DNA of 51,756 nt, taken from NCBI GenBank assembly GCA_943359475.1, contig CALRHK010000003.1:1-51756 (forward strand), read 5' to 3'. Positions 28,327 to 38,321 of the stretch are shown here, piece by piece. The DNA is from Candidatus Nomurabacteria bacterium. GTDB taxonomy: Bacteria; Patescibacteriota; Minisyncoccia; Phycocordibacterales; UBA9973. The translations under genes and the position numbers were made by a program. Within the stretch, counting starts at the first letter, position 1; each line of letters opens with the position of its first letter. The notes under the pieces were generated by a model, which made no database searches, was not told the DNA's origin, and saw nothing but the letters and a program-made list of their open reading frames with translations.

Positions 28327-28414
28327 GCCCGGGTGATGGAATTGGTAGACATAGGGGACTTAAAATCCCCAGGCACAAAATGCCGTGCGGGTTCGATTCC
28401 CGCCCTGGGCACCA
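28327..28414 (+). tRNA. tRNA-Leu(TAA)
   Basis: GCCCGGG..CCTGGGC-A-CCA; CT-TAA-AA; long variable arm. Confidence 0.95.
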
Positions 28415-28617
28415 ATTACTTTTCTAATTTACAGGGAGCAGGCAAACTACTTTGCCTGCGTCGGGAATCGAAAGACTTTTCTATACGAGCGTAGCGAGGC
28501 AGAAAAGTACCTGCTGATGTAGTCAGAGATTCCCGCCCTGGGCACCAATTACTTTTCTAATTTACAGGGAGCAGGCAAACTACTTTGCCTGCGTCGGGAA
28601 TCGAAAGACTTTTCTAT
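28395..28617 (+). repeat. 90 bp direct repeat of tRNA-Leu(TAA) 3' end plus flank, period 133 bp
   Basis: 28395-28484 is identical to 28528-28617. Confidence 0.92.
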
Positions 28618-28652
28618 GTTAGGTATAAAAATAAAACACTCGTTAGAGTGTT

Positions 28653-28979
28653 TTATTTTTGATTAAGGAGTTCCTCAACATGTTGACGATTTTTTTCGCC
28701 GTAATCAATTTGAATATCAAAAAATGGTATTACTCGAGTGCGAAGATGCTTCTTTACATACTCACGCAATTCACCTGCTTTTCTTTTTGCGAAATCAAGT
28801 GCTGCCGCTTCTTTTGTAACTGGAAGTACGGTCATAAATACTGTTGCTCGTTTCATATCGCTTGAGACACTACAGTGGGTGATAGTCATCAGTGATTGCC
28901 CGTTACCTTCACGCTCAAAGAAAGTCGCAGCGTGCCTACGTAATTCTTCGGTAAGTTTTAGTGTGCGGTCTATAGCCAT
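28653..28979 (-). CDS. rbfA: ribosome-binding factor A
   Basis: TIT...VSSD.K.A.VF and LR.R.IP motifs; directly downstream of infB. Confidence 0.9.
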   Translation of the reverse strand: MAIDRTLKLTEELRRHAATFFEREGNGQSLMTITHCSVSSDMKRATVFMTVLPVTKEAAALDFAKRKAGELREYVKKHLRTRVIPFFDIQIDYGEKNRQHVEELLNQK

Positions 28980-28980
28980 A

Positions 28981-30486
28981 TTATTTGGTTACCATAATAA
29001 ACGATTCAATAATGTCCCCAGGTGCGAGTTCTGTTTTTGTTTCAACCATTACTCCACATTCGTTTCCTTCGGCAACTTCTTTAGATTTTATTTTTCCAAT
29101 TTGCAGTTCAATAATTTTCCCTGTACCAATCTCATTTTCGCGACGAATAATTCGCACAGTATTACCAACTGCAACGGTACCAGTGATTACCTTGCCACCA
29201 ACTACCTGTTTTTCCTTTGTTGCGCTAAAATATTTGAGAATTTTCGCTGAGCCGGTAGTTTCTGGTACTTCGTGTCGTGGTCGACGTGTTTCCGCAAGCT
29301 CTTTCATGTAGTCGATAAGTTTATAGATGACATCGAACGTTTGAATATTTACCCCAAGACTTTCATTGATATCCCGTGCACTCGAGTCAATTTTTACGTT
29401 AAATCCAACCACAACACTTTCTTTGTCAGATGATGCAAGCTTAAGATCACCTTCGGATATAGCACCGACGCCTTGCCCGATAATTTTATAGCCAATTGAA
29501 TCGTTCTCAATTTTTGCAATTTCTTTTTTAATTGCCTCGCTTGTGCCCATTACATCAGTTTTGATTATGACGGGGATACGTTTTTTTGCGTCAAAAACGA
29601 CAGGAATATTTTGAAGTACAGCACTGTTGTTTTGCAAGTGTTCAACCGCATACTGCTCAGCTTCTTTTTTTGTGGTAAATGCTACGAACGGGCTTCCGAT
29701 TTGTGGTAGTTTAGAAAAACCAGTAATACGTACGGGTGATGAAAATGTTGCTTCTTTGATTGGGTGTCCCATAAAATCTTCAAGAATACGAGTACTTGCA
29801 ATCGCATCATCTGCAACTACATACATACCACTTTTAAGGATACCGTCTTTAATAAGCAAACTTGCTGATACGCCACGCTTTACATCAAGGTGTGCTTCGA
29901 TTACTGCACCCGTTGCAGGTATCGTTGGGTTACCAGTAAACTCTTTCATTTCTGCAACAAGGAGAATTACATCAAGGAGCTCTGAAATACCAGTGCCTTC
30001 TTTCGCAGATATCGGAACGAAGGGAATATCACCACCATATCCTTCGAGATAGATACCGTTTTCAGTAAGGTCATTTTTTGTTTTTTCAACGTTTGCACCA
30101 GGTCGATCGATTTTATTAATTGCAACAATTGGTGCAATACCACTTGCGGCAATTGTCTTCCATGCCTCGAGTGTCTGTGGCTTAACAGAGTCTTCTGCTG
30201 AGACAACTAAGATGGCAATATCTGCTGCTTGCGCACCACGTTCCCGCATTGCAGAAAATGCTTCATGTCCTGGAGTATCAAGAAAGGTTATACGTTTAAT
30301 TGCACCCTTTTCGTTTGGGTGTGCAATTTCATACGCAGAAAGGTGTTGGGTAATACCACCAGCTTCTTTTGCTACAATGTTACTTTTTCGAATGAAATCG
30401 AGAAGGGTTGATTTACCATGGTCAATGTGTCCCATTACCACCACGACAGGAGAGCGTTCTATTTTATTGTTGGTGGCTGTGTTCAT
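28981..30486 (-). CDS. infB: translation initiation factor IF-2 (no N-terminal extension)
   Basis: MGHIDHGKST, EAGGITQH, DTPGHEAF and NKID motifs. Confidence 0.97.
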   Translation of the reverse strand: MNTATNNKIERSPVVVVMGHIDHGKSTLLDFIRKSNIVAKEAGGITQHLSAYEIAHPNEKGAIKRITFLDTPGHEAFSAMRERGAQAADIAILVVSAEDSVKPQTLEAWKTIAASGIAPIVAINKIDRPGANVEKTKNDLTENGIYLEGYGGDIPFVPISAKEGTGISELLDVILLVAEMKEFTGNPTIPATGAVIEAHLDVKRGVSASLLIKDGILKSGMYVVADDAIASTRILEDFMGHPIKEATFSSPVRITGFSKLPQIGSPFVAFTTKKEAEQYAVEHLQNNSAVLQNIPVVFDAKKRIPVIIKTDVMGTSEAIKKEIAKIENDSIGYKIIGQGVGAISEGDLKLASSDKESVVVGFNVKIDSSARDINESLGVNIQTFDVIYKLIDYMKELAETRRPRHEVPETTGSAKILKYFSATKEKQVVGGKVITGTVAVGNTVRIIRRENEIGTGKIIELQIGKIKSKEVAEGNECGVMVETKTELAPGDIIESFIMVTK

Positions 30487-30491
30487 AATTA

Positions 30492-30947
30492 TTATTTTAC
30501 TTTTGCTTTTGCAATGACCTCTTTTTCTTCGTCTGAAAGTTCGTGAGGCGAAGAAAGTTGTTTGACTGGCTTTGCAAAGACACTCATTCGTTCGCGAGAG
30601 TAAAGACTCGAGAGTACAACACCGTTGCCATCTTCATTGAGAAGTGCAACTGCAAAGCTTTGATTGCTACCTGCATCTTCGAATGGATTAAATCGAATCA
30701 GCTCAACTCCTCGAATGCTTGTTTTTACACGACCATCGATATCTTCAAGCATGGCAACAATATCATCCTGTCTCTTGTGGAGCTCTGTGGCCGCGTTTAC
30801 AAGGTCGCGAATTGTTACTTCGAGGCTTTGTCCGCTTTTACCCATAAGGAGTTTGCGTATGCGAAGCTCAGTTCGAATGTTCCAGCCAATAAGGATTATG
30901 ACGAGGCCTGCGAGTGCATAAATACCATAGATTAGATACGGGCTCAT
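30492..30947 (-). CDS. DUF4446 family protein
   Basis: N-terminal TM; RFNPFED.GS.QSF..ALL...G.GVV.SS, R.FAKP and LS.EE motifs. Confidence 0.85.
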   Translation of the reverse strand: MSPYLIYGIYALAGLVIILIGWNIRTELRIRKLLMGKSGQSLEVTIRDLVNAATELHKRQDDIVAMLEDIDGRVKTSIRGVELIRFNPFEDAGSNQSFAVALLNEDGNGVVLSSLYSRERMSVFAKPVKQLSSPHELSDEEKEVIAKAKVK

Positions 30948-31014
30948 ACAGAAGCCTATTATACTAAAAAAGCCTGATTTTGCAATTTATTTGAGAGTGT
31001 GCACAATAAGGAAT

Positions 31015-32247
31015 ATGAGCAAGAAACGTATAGGGGTTAGGCGTACTAAAAAGCGCATTTATCTCGATCATGCTGCGGCAACACCACTCGATAGTGTGAT
31101 TGCAGGCGAAATACAAAAAAGAGAAAAAAATACCTACGGGAATCCAAGTGCACTTCACAAAGAAGGGCTTTTAGCACGTGAACTTATCGAGCAAAGCAGG
31201 GCACTACTTGCTGACGGTCTCGGTATTTCACCTAAGGAAGTTATTTTTACAAGTGGCGCAACAGAAAGCAATGTTTTAGCCATTTGTGGGGTAGTAGATA
31301 CTGCATTGAAACAAAAAGTTACACGCGACAATAAACCTCATGTGATTGTTTCTGCGATTGAACACGCATCGATCCTAGAGACGTGTAGAAAACTTGTTGA
31401 AGAAAATAAAATAGAAATTACCTACGTACCAGTACTATCAAATGGTATTGTTGATCTGAAGGTACTCAAAGATTCGCTCAAGAAAGAAACCGTGCTTGTT
31501 TCAATTCAGTATGTGAATAATGAAATTGGTGTTATTCAACCGTTGAAAGAAATTGCAAAGTTGATCCGTCACCATAAGAAGAGTATGGATAGTAAAGTAT
31601 TTCCATACTTTCATACTGATGCAGTACAGGCGGTAAACTACTGTGATGTACATGTCTCACGACTTGGTGTTGATCTCATGACTATAAATAGTGGCAAAAT
31701 ATATGGTCCGAAGGGGATTGGTGCTCTGGTTATACGACGAGGTAATACAGTAGTTCCACAACAAACTGGTGGTGGGCAAGAATTTGGTATTCGTTCAGGT
31801 ACAGAAAATACGATGGGTATTTTTGGCTTTAGTAGTGCGTTTAAAAAAGCACAACAACTCCGCGAGAAAGAGTCGACACGTCTTAGGATGTTGCGTGATT
31901 GGTATGTAGGTGAGTTACGAAAACATTTTCCAAATATTCGTTTCAATGGTGATCTAAACGCACGTGTACCAAATAATATTAATATTACGTTACCCGGACA
32001 TGAAAGCGAAGAACTTGTGCTACGTCTTGATGCTCGTGGTATCGCAGTGTCAGCAAAAAGTGCATGTGATAGTACTTCGGGTGAAGTGTCACATGTAATA
32101 CGAGCGCTTTATCCAGATGCAGATATGCAAAGTAGTGAAGGAAGTTTGAGAATATCAATGGGAAGAAACACTACACGCGAAGAATTAAAAAAAAGTTTAC
32201 AAGCACTTGTTGAAGCAAGTAAGATAATGCTAGATACACACGTGTAG
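31015..32247 (+). CDS. iscS: cysteine desulfurase (IscS/NifS family)
   Basis: YLDHAAATP, GNPS..H, FTSGATE, HTDAVQ, KIYGPKG, RSGTEN and SAC motifs. Confidence 0.9.
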   Translation: MSKKRIGVRRTKKRIYLDHAAATPLDSVIAGEIQKREKNTYGNPSALHKEGLLARELIEQSRALLADGLGISPKEVIFTSGATESNVLAICGVVDTALKQKVTRDNKPHVIVSAIEHASILETCRKLVEENKIEITYVPVLSNGIVDLKVLKDSLKKETVLVSIQYVNNEIGVIQPLKEIAKLIRHHKKSMDSKVFPYFHTDAVQAVNYCDVHVSRLGVDLMTINSGKIYGPKGIGALVIRRGNTVVPQQTGGGQEFGIRSGTENTMGIFGFSSAFKKAQQLREKESTRLRMLRDWYVGELRKHFPNIRFNGDLNARVPNNINITLPGHESEELVLRLDARGIAVSAKSACDSTSGEVSHVIRALYPDADMQSSEGSLRISMGRNTTREELKKSLQALVEASKIMLDTHV

Positions 32248-32380
32248 GGCTTGCCCACTGTGCTACACTAAATAGAGAGTTGTGAGAATCGATCAACTCA
32301 GCAAAGGACGTACGAGCTATGGAAAACCTTGACTAAATTACATTAAGTTGTAGAATATATCTACAATAACTTTCAAATAT

Positions 32381-35080
32381 ATGCCACCAAATATAAACAA
32401 TTTTACAACTAAAGCAAAAGAAGCAATTAAAAAGGCCCATGAGCTTGCTATTGAACGTGGTCAAAACCATGTGAGTAGCGTGCATCTTTTAACGTCACTC
32501 ATTATTCAAGAAGAATCAATGGTAATTTCAATTCTTGAACGTCTCGAAGTCGATACGGTTCTTTTGTCGGATTCGCTCATTGAAGCAATCGAAGGACCAG
32601 AAGCGCGAGCAACTGTATCGCCTTCGTATCAGATATTTTTAACGCCAGATTTTGCACAAGTACTTGAACACTCTGTACGTATTGCGAGCAGTCTTAAAGA
32701 TGAGTTTGTTTCAACCGAGCATCTTCTTGTTGCGATACTTGAGGTTCCATCAGAAGCACGTGAGGTCATCAATCGTTTTCGTGTGAGCAAAGAGGCGGTG
32801 CTTAAAATTATTCAAGAATTCCGAAATCAAAATATTGCAGAGACGTCAGCACCAAAAAAAATGCGCATGTTAACAAAGTACACGCGCAATCTCACAAAGC
32901 TTGCAAAGGAAGATAAGCTCGATCCAGTTATTGGACGTGATACTGAAATTATGCGCATTATGCAGATACTTTCGCGTCGTACCAAAAATAACCCAATCCT
33001 GATTGGCGAACCTGGTACAGGTAAGACTGCTGTTGTCGAAGGTCTCGCGCAACGTATTGCGCGTGGTGATGTGACAGAATCACTCAAGGATAAAGAGCTC
33101 GTTTCGTTGGACTTGGGCTCACTAATCGCTGGTACAAAATACCGTGGTGAATTTGAAGAGCGACTCAAGGCAATCATGAAAGAAATTGAACGTGCCGATG
33201 GTAAAATCATTCTCTTTATCGATGAAATTCATACCATCGTTGGCGCAGGTGCATCAGAAGGTGCGATGGATGCTGCAAATCTCCTCAAGCCAGCTCTTTC
33301 GCGTGGTGAATTGCGCGCGATAGGTGCTACAACACTCAAAGAATATCAAAAACATATTGAAAAAGATCCAGCCCTTGCTCGTCGATTTCAGCCAGTCTAT
33401 ATCGATGAGCCTTCGACTGAGGACGCAATTACAATTCTCCGTGGTCTTAAAGAAAAATATGAACTCTATCATGGTGTCCGAATTACTGACGATGCAATTA
33501 TTGCCGCAGTAAATTTGTCGGCACGCTATATCACAAATCGTTTCTTGCCAGATAAAGCAGTCGATCTTATCGATGAGGCCGCATCTGCACTTCGAATTGC
33601 GCTCGAAAATAAACCACCAATTCTTGACGATGCACACCGTCGCATCAAGCGTTTTGAAATTGAAAAAGAGGCACTAAAAAAAGAAATTGAAACTCACCCA
33701 GAAGATGCAAAAGAAACTCGTGTACGTATTAAGACAATTGATACAGAGATTGCAAATCTTCGTGAAAAAACACGCGAACTTGAGCTCAAATGGCAAAACG
33801 AAAAAACCACGGTAATTGAAATTCGTGCAATTAAAAAAGAACTCGAAACGCTTCGTCTTGAAGCAGAAAATGCAGAACTTCGTTCTGATCTTGGTAAGGC
33901 CGCTGAGATTCGTTATGGCAAGATCCCTTCACTTCAGAAAGAACTTGATACAAAACTTGCGCGTTTGAAAAAGTTACAAAAATCACGTCGCATATTGAAA
34001 GAGGAGATTACTGAAGAAGAGATTGCAGAAGTAGTAGCACGATGGACTGGTATCCCACTCGTTAAAATGCTTGAGGAAGAGCGAGAAAAGCTTGCTCGGA
34101 TGGAAGATGAGCTCCGACGTCGTATTGTTGGCCAAGATGACGCAATTCACAAAATTGCTGATGTTGTTCGTCGTTCTCGTGCAGGTATTGCAGACCCAAA
34201 CCGACCAATGGGATCATTCATGTTTCTTGGTCCAACGGGTGTTGGTAAAACTGAGCTTACAAAAGCACTTGCACAATTTATGTTTAATGATGACAGAGCA
34301 CTCATACGTGTTGATATGTCTGAATACATGGAACGTCATAGTGTTTCAAAGCTCGTGGGTTCGCCACCAGGTTACGTTGGCTATGACGAAGCAGGGCAAT
34401 TGACTGAGGCAGTTCGTCACCGACCGTACTCGGTCGTGCTCTTTGATGAAATTGAAAAGGCACATCCGGAAGTCTTTAATTTACTCCTACAGGTACTTGA
34501 TGAAGGTCGCCTCACTGACAACAAAGGACGTGCTGTTAATTTCAAGAACACGATTATTATCATGACTTCAAACATTGGTTCTCATCTTATTGATAAAATG
34601 GAATCAATCGGATTCTCGAATCGTGATGCAGCACAGGACTATATGGCGACAAAAGATAAGGTGATGAACTCGCTCAAAGATCATTTCCGACCTGAATTCC
34701 TCAATCGTATTGATGAGATAATTCTTTTTGATGTACTCTCACCAGAGGCAATTAAGGAGATTGTGAAGCTTCGTACAGAAATTGTACGCGAGCGCTTACT
34801 GACAAAAGATATTTATCTCGAAATATCAGAGGAAGCATATGCACTACTTGCAAAAGAGGGCTATGATCCACACTACGGCGCACGTCCCCTTAATCGTATT
34901 ATTCAATCAAAGATTCTCAATCCAGTTGCGTCACACATAATTGGTAGTAGTGTGAGTGCGGGAGATACAGTCTATGTTGATGTGAAAAATAATGAACTCT
35001 CAATTGAAACAAAGAAGGCTCGAAAGACAAAAGTACGCAGCACGATGCGCACCTCAAAGAATTCAAAATCAGTGGCATAA
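32381..35080 (+). CDS. clpB: ATP-dependent chaperone ClpB
   Basis: Two AAA+ modules ([16 protein letters not shown]), long middle coiled coil with AAEIRYG, and PPGYVGY. Confidence 0.93.
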   Translation: MPPNINNFTTKAKEAIKKAHELAIERGQNHVSSVHLLTSLIIQEESMVISILERLEVDTVLLSDSLIEAIEGPEARATVSPSYQIFLTPDFAQVLEHSVRIASSLKDEFVSTEHLLVAILEVPSEAREVINRFRVSKEAVLKIIQEFRNQNIAETSAPKKMRMLTKYTRNLTKLAKEDKLDPVIGRDTEIMRIMQILSRRTKNNPILIGEPGTGKTAVVEGLAQRIARGDVTESLKDKELVSLDLGSLIAGTKYRGEFEERLKAIMKEIERADGKIILFIDEIHTIVGAGASEGAMDAANLLKPALSRGELRAIGATTLKEYQKHIEKDPALARRFQPVYIDEPSTEDAITILRGLKEKYELYHGVRITDDAIIAAVNLSARYITNRFLPDKAVDLIDEAASALRIALENKPPILDDAHRRIKRFEIEKEALKKEIETHPEDAKETRVRIKTIDTEIANLREKTRELELKWQNEKTTVIEIRAIKKELETLRLEAENAELRSDLGKAAEIRYGKIPSLQKELDTKLARLKKLQKSRRILKEEITEEEIAEVVARWTGIPLVKMLEEEREKLARMEDELRRRIVGQDDAIHKIADVVRRSRAGIADPNRPMGSFMFLGPTGVGKTELTKALAQFMFNDDRALIRVDMSEYMERHSVSKLVGSPPGYVGYDEAGQLTEAVRHRPYSVVLFDEIEKAHPEVFNLLLQVLDEGRLTDNKGRAVNFKNTIIIMTSNIGSHLIDKMESIGFSNRDAAQDYMATKDKVMNSLKDHFRPEFLNRIDEIILFDVLSPEAIKEIVKLRTEIVRERLLTKDIYLEISEEAYALLAKEGYDPHYGARPLNRIIQSKILNPVASHIIGSSVSAGDTVYVDVKNNELSIETKKARKTKVRSTMRTSKNSKSVA

Positions 35081-35195
35081 CAAAAAAGCACCTCAAGGTG
35101 CTTTTTTGTTATAGCAGGCAAAGTGGTTTACCTACACCATTTTCAATAAATATAAAATTTGCGTACTCAAATAAATAATGAAGAAAAAATAGTAG

Positions 35196-35266
35196 CGGGC
35201 GATGAGGGAATCGAACCCCCACCAAAGGTTTTGGAGACCTTCGTTCTACCATTAAACTAATCGCCC
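35196..35266 (-). tRNA. tRNA-Trp(CCA)
   Basis: Reverse complement GGGCGAT..ATCGCCC-G; CT-CCA-AA. Confidence 0.95.
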
Positions 35267-35465
35267 TTCTCCGCTCGTGCTCGCACAAGGCGAGGGAAGC
35301 GGAAACGCAAGGTGATGCACTAATAAAGGTGCGCCTTACTTGATTATAGCAAGATGCTATAACCCGATAAAAACGGAAAGAACAAAACAAAAAAGAAAAG
35401 TAAACTTTTCTTTTTTGTGCATTCAGTATAGCAAAAGAGGCCAACGCTGTGAAATTGAGACAATT

Positions 35466-35630
35466 TTAGCCAGTCATTTTTGCTTCCTTGTGCTTTGTTG
35501 TCTTTTTACACTTCTTGCAAAACTTATTAAGTTCAAGTTTTCGTTGAACAAGTTTCTTGTTTTTGCTGGTGTAATAATTTGCCTCTTTGCAGACGGCGCA
35601 TCTAAGCCTTAAAAGTCGGTCTTGTGACAT
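35466..35630 (-). CDS. rpmG: 50S ribosomal protein L33 (Zn-ribbon form; not in ORF track)
   Basis: MSQDRLLRLRCAVCKEANYYTSKNKKLVQRKLELNKFCKKCKKTTKHKEAKMTG. Confidence 0.95.
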   Translation of the reverse strand: MSQDRLLRLRCAVCKEANYYTSKNKKLVQRKLELNKFCKKCKKTTKHKEAKMTG

Positions 35631-35733
35631 AGTGATTTGAGATTACTATATATTGTCGAAAAAGGCAAGATTTTGACCCAAGAAGGGGTTTCTATTGAAA
35701 AGCTTAATAAAATATGTATACTTATGGTTACTT

Positions 35734-35817
35734 GCGTCGGTGGCGGAGTGGTCAATCGCACTTGACTGTAAATCAAGCGACCTTAGGTCTACGAAGGTTC
35801 GAATCCTTCCCGACGCA
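35734..35817 (+). tRNA. tRNA-Tyr(GTA)
   Basis: GCGTCGG..CCGACGC-A; CT-GTA-AA; long variable arm. Confidence 0.95.
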
Positions 35818-35963
35818 CAGGTAAAAGATACGAGCATCAGCTCGTATTTTTTTATGTTGAGAGTAAGCAACTACCGTGCTCCTACCAGAAGTGAAATTTC
35901 TTCCAACACATTTACTAGTACAATAATTACAAACAGAAAGTGTGAATGTGCTAGTATTATTCT

Positions 35964-36254
35964 ATGGATCAATTAAAGGGAAATATTATTCGGAGGACAC
36001 TCTACGCAATTTCATTTATTTTTGTATGCCTTGAGGTTTATTTTTTTCTTCCTTTTTTAAACTGGGCCGAGGGCCCCAAAGATGAAATGTATTATCAACT
36101 TGCGTATGTGAGTATTTTTTCACTTCTATTTCTGATTTTTTCAATAATAAAAACGAAACCTCTTGCGGGAGTTAGGATCCTACTTTATTTATTTTTACTC
36201 CCCACAATTATTGCGGTGGTTATTTCTTGGAAATTCGTAATTATTGCTTGGTAG
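35964..36254 (+). CDS. small 3-TM hypothetical membrane protein
   Basis: AT-rich hydrophobic ORF downstream of tRNA-Tyr. Confidence 0.6.
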   Translation: MDQLKGNIIRRTLYAISFIFVCLEVYFFLPFLNWAEGPKDEMYYQLAYVSIFSLLFLIFSIIKTKPLAGVRILLYLFLLPTIIAVVISWKFVIIAW

Positions 36255-37103
36255 TTATGCAACTCGTATCCAAATAATCTCTTTGTCACGTTTAAACCAC
36301 GTTTTCTGTCTTTTTGCATATTTCCAAATTTCATTCTCGAGTTGTTGTAGCATTTGATTATGAGTAATTTTTCCTTGCAGGTGTCGTGCCATATAGCGAT
36401 ACTCGAGCCCAAGTTCTTCCATACGTCGCCAGGAAAGCCCGTCTCTATGTAGGCGGGTAGCTTCACGAAGCATCCCCTGTGTAAGACGATCAAGGAGTCT
36501 TGTATGGATCCGTTCTTTGAGAACTTCATCTGGCAACATGATGCCAATTTTGATAACAGGGTATTTATTTGTAGTTATTACCCTTGGCACATGTCCGAGC
36601 GCTTTCGCAATTTCGATTGCTCGAATGAGACGTACTGGATTTTTTGTATCAATTGTTTGTGCACGCAAAGGGTCAATCTTTTTGAGCATTGCAAAGAGTC
36701 TTTCGGTAGAAAGCTTGGCAAGTTTTTTTCGTAGGGTGGCGTTAGGCGGGACTTCTGGGAGTTTTGTGTCGTGAATAACTGCGTCAATATAAAAACCTGT
36801 GCCACCTACCAAAATAGGAATTTTATTTTTTTTATGAATTTTCTCAATCGCTTTTTTGGTGAGTTCTTGGTAGTTTGCAACAGAAAATTGTTGCGATGGA
36901 TTTGCCACATCGAGCAGATGGTGGGGGATACCACCCATTTCTTTTTTTGTCACTTTACCAGTTCCTAGATTGAGACCTTTATATACTTGCCGTGAATCTG
37001 CAGAAATAATCTCGGCGTTTATTTCTTGTGCAAGTGCCACCGCATACGCACTTTTGCCCGTGGCAGTCTGGCCAAGGATAACAATAAGAGGAAGTGTATT
37101 CAT
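36255..37103 (-). CDS. miaA: tRNA dimethylallyltransferase
   Basis: G.TATGKS, ISADSRQVY, VGGTGFY and YAKRQ.TWF motifs. Confidence 0.97.
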   Translation of the reverse strand: MNTLPLIVILGQTATGKSAYAVALAQEINAEIISADSRQVYKGLNLGTGKVTKKEMGGIPHHLLDVANPSQQFSVANYQELTKKAIEKIHKKNKIPILVGGTGFYIDAVIHDTKLPEVPPNATLRKKLAKLSTERLFAMLKKIDPLRAQTIDTKNPVRLIRAIEIAKALGHVPRVITTNKYPVIKIGIMLPDEVLKERIHTRLLDRLTQGMLREATRLHRDGLSWRRMEELGLEYRYMARHLQGKITHNQMLQQLENEIWKYAKRQKTWFKRDKEIIWIRVA

Positions 37104-37107
37104 ATTG

Positions 37108-37190
37108 TGCCGGAGGAGGGACTCGAACCCTCACAGTGTTGCCACTACTCGATTTTGAGTCGAGCGCGTCTGCCATTCCGCCACTCCGGC
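37108..37190 (-). tRNA. tRNA-Leu(CAA)
   Basis: Reverse complement GCCGGAG..CTCCGGC-A; CT-CAA-AA. Confidence 0.95.
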
Positions 37191-37266
37191 ATAGAGTAAG
37201 CTCAGTATACAAAAATAGGGCGTAAAATCAATTTTGTGCCAGAAAAAAATATGCTAAAATTGCCAC

Positions 37267-38292
37267 ATGGCACAACTCTACTCAAATTCAATCTTCTTTA
37301 TTGAAGTCGATAAAATACACCCAAATCCCTATCAACCGCGTCGCGAATTTGAAGAAGTAAAACTTAGAGATCTTTCTGAGTCAATTCGTCAGTATGGTGT
37401 GTTGCAGCCACTTGTTGTTTCTCGTGTTGAAAAACAAAAAGAAGACGGTGGCTTGGTAACAGAGTATGAACTCATTGCCGGAGAACGTCGTTTGCGTGCA
37501 TCAAAACTCGCTGGATTACGTGAGGTGCCCGCTATCGTACGTGTCGGTGATGATTCCATGATGAAGCTCGAACTCGCCATTATTGAAAATCTACAACGTG
37601 AGGATCTCAATCCAGTTGAGCGCGCGCGTGCATTTCAGAAACTTGCTGAAGAGTTCAAATTTACACATGTGCAGATTGGACAAAAAGTTGGTAAAAGCCG
37701 CGAATATGTTTCAAATACATTACGTCTGTTGACGTTATCAGACGAAATCCTCAACGCACTCTCAGAAGGAAAACTAACCGAAGGGCACACACGTCCACTT
37801 ATGATGCTCTCTGACCGTCCTGAGGAGCAGATGACGCTGTTTAAGGAAATCGTAGTAAAGAAAATTAGCGTACGCGAAGCTGAGCGTATTGGCCGTCGTA
37901 TTGCGATTGATAAGGTTCGCAAAAAGGAACTTTTGCCAGATCCAGAAATTATGGAAATTGAAGAACAGCTCCAGGAAAGTTTGGGTACACGAGTGCATAT
38001 TGAGCGGAGGGAAAATGGTGGTCAAATTATGATTGATTTCTTCACGAATGATGACCTCCACACGATCTCGGAATTATTGAAGTCAACCGGAGAAAAGAAT
38101 CCTAATTCAATGCTTGATAATTTCCTCGCACAAAATACGACGTTAATGCCTGAGAAAAAAGAAATAATCAACGGAGTAGAGAATGAAACAGATCAAGATC
38201 GTGCAGAATATGCCGACGATCGTTCGAAAGAAGAGATTAAGCAAGCAGAGGAGGAAGCGGATTTATATAATATAAAAAATTTCTCGCTCTAA
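37267..38292 (+). CDS. parB: ParB/Spo0J partition protein with acidic C-terminal tail
   Basis: PNPYQPRR.F, GERRLRAS, ENLQREDL and KSREYVSNTLRLL motifs. Confidence 0.93.
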   Translation: MAQLYSNSIFFIEVDKIHPNPYQPRREFEEVKLRDLSESIRQYGVLQPLVVSRVEKQKEDGGLVTEYELIAGERRLRASKLAGLREVPAIVRVGDDSMMKLELAIIENLQREDLNPVERARAFQKLAEEFKFTHVQIGQKVGKSREYVSNTLRLLTLSDEILNALSEGKLTEGHTRPLMMLSDRPEEQMTLFKEIVVKKISVREAERIGRRIAIDKVRKKELLPDPEIMEIEEQLQESLGTRVHIERRENGGQIMIDFFTNDDLHTISELLKSTGEKNPNSMLDNFLAQNTTLMPEKKEIINGVENETDQDRAEYADDRSKEEIKQAEEEADLYNIKNFSL

Positions 38293-38321
38293 ATAAAAAA
38301 ATCCCGTAAGGGATTTTTTGT

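Noticed and set aside
27748-28494. Short ORFs across the tRNA cluster
   Set aside because: They overlap tRNAs and repeats and are spurious
27882-28617. CRISPR array
   Set aside because: Repeats come in pairs only, are copies of tRNA 3' ends, differ between units, and no cas genes are present
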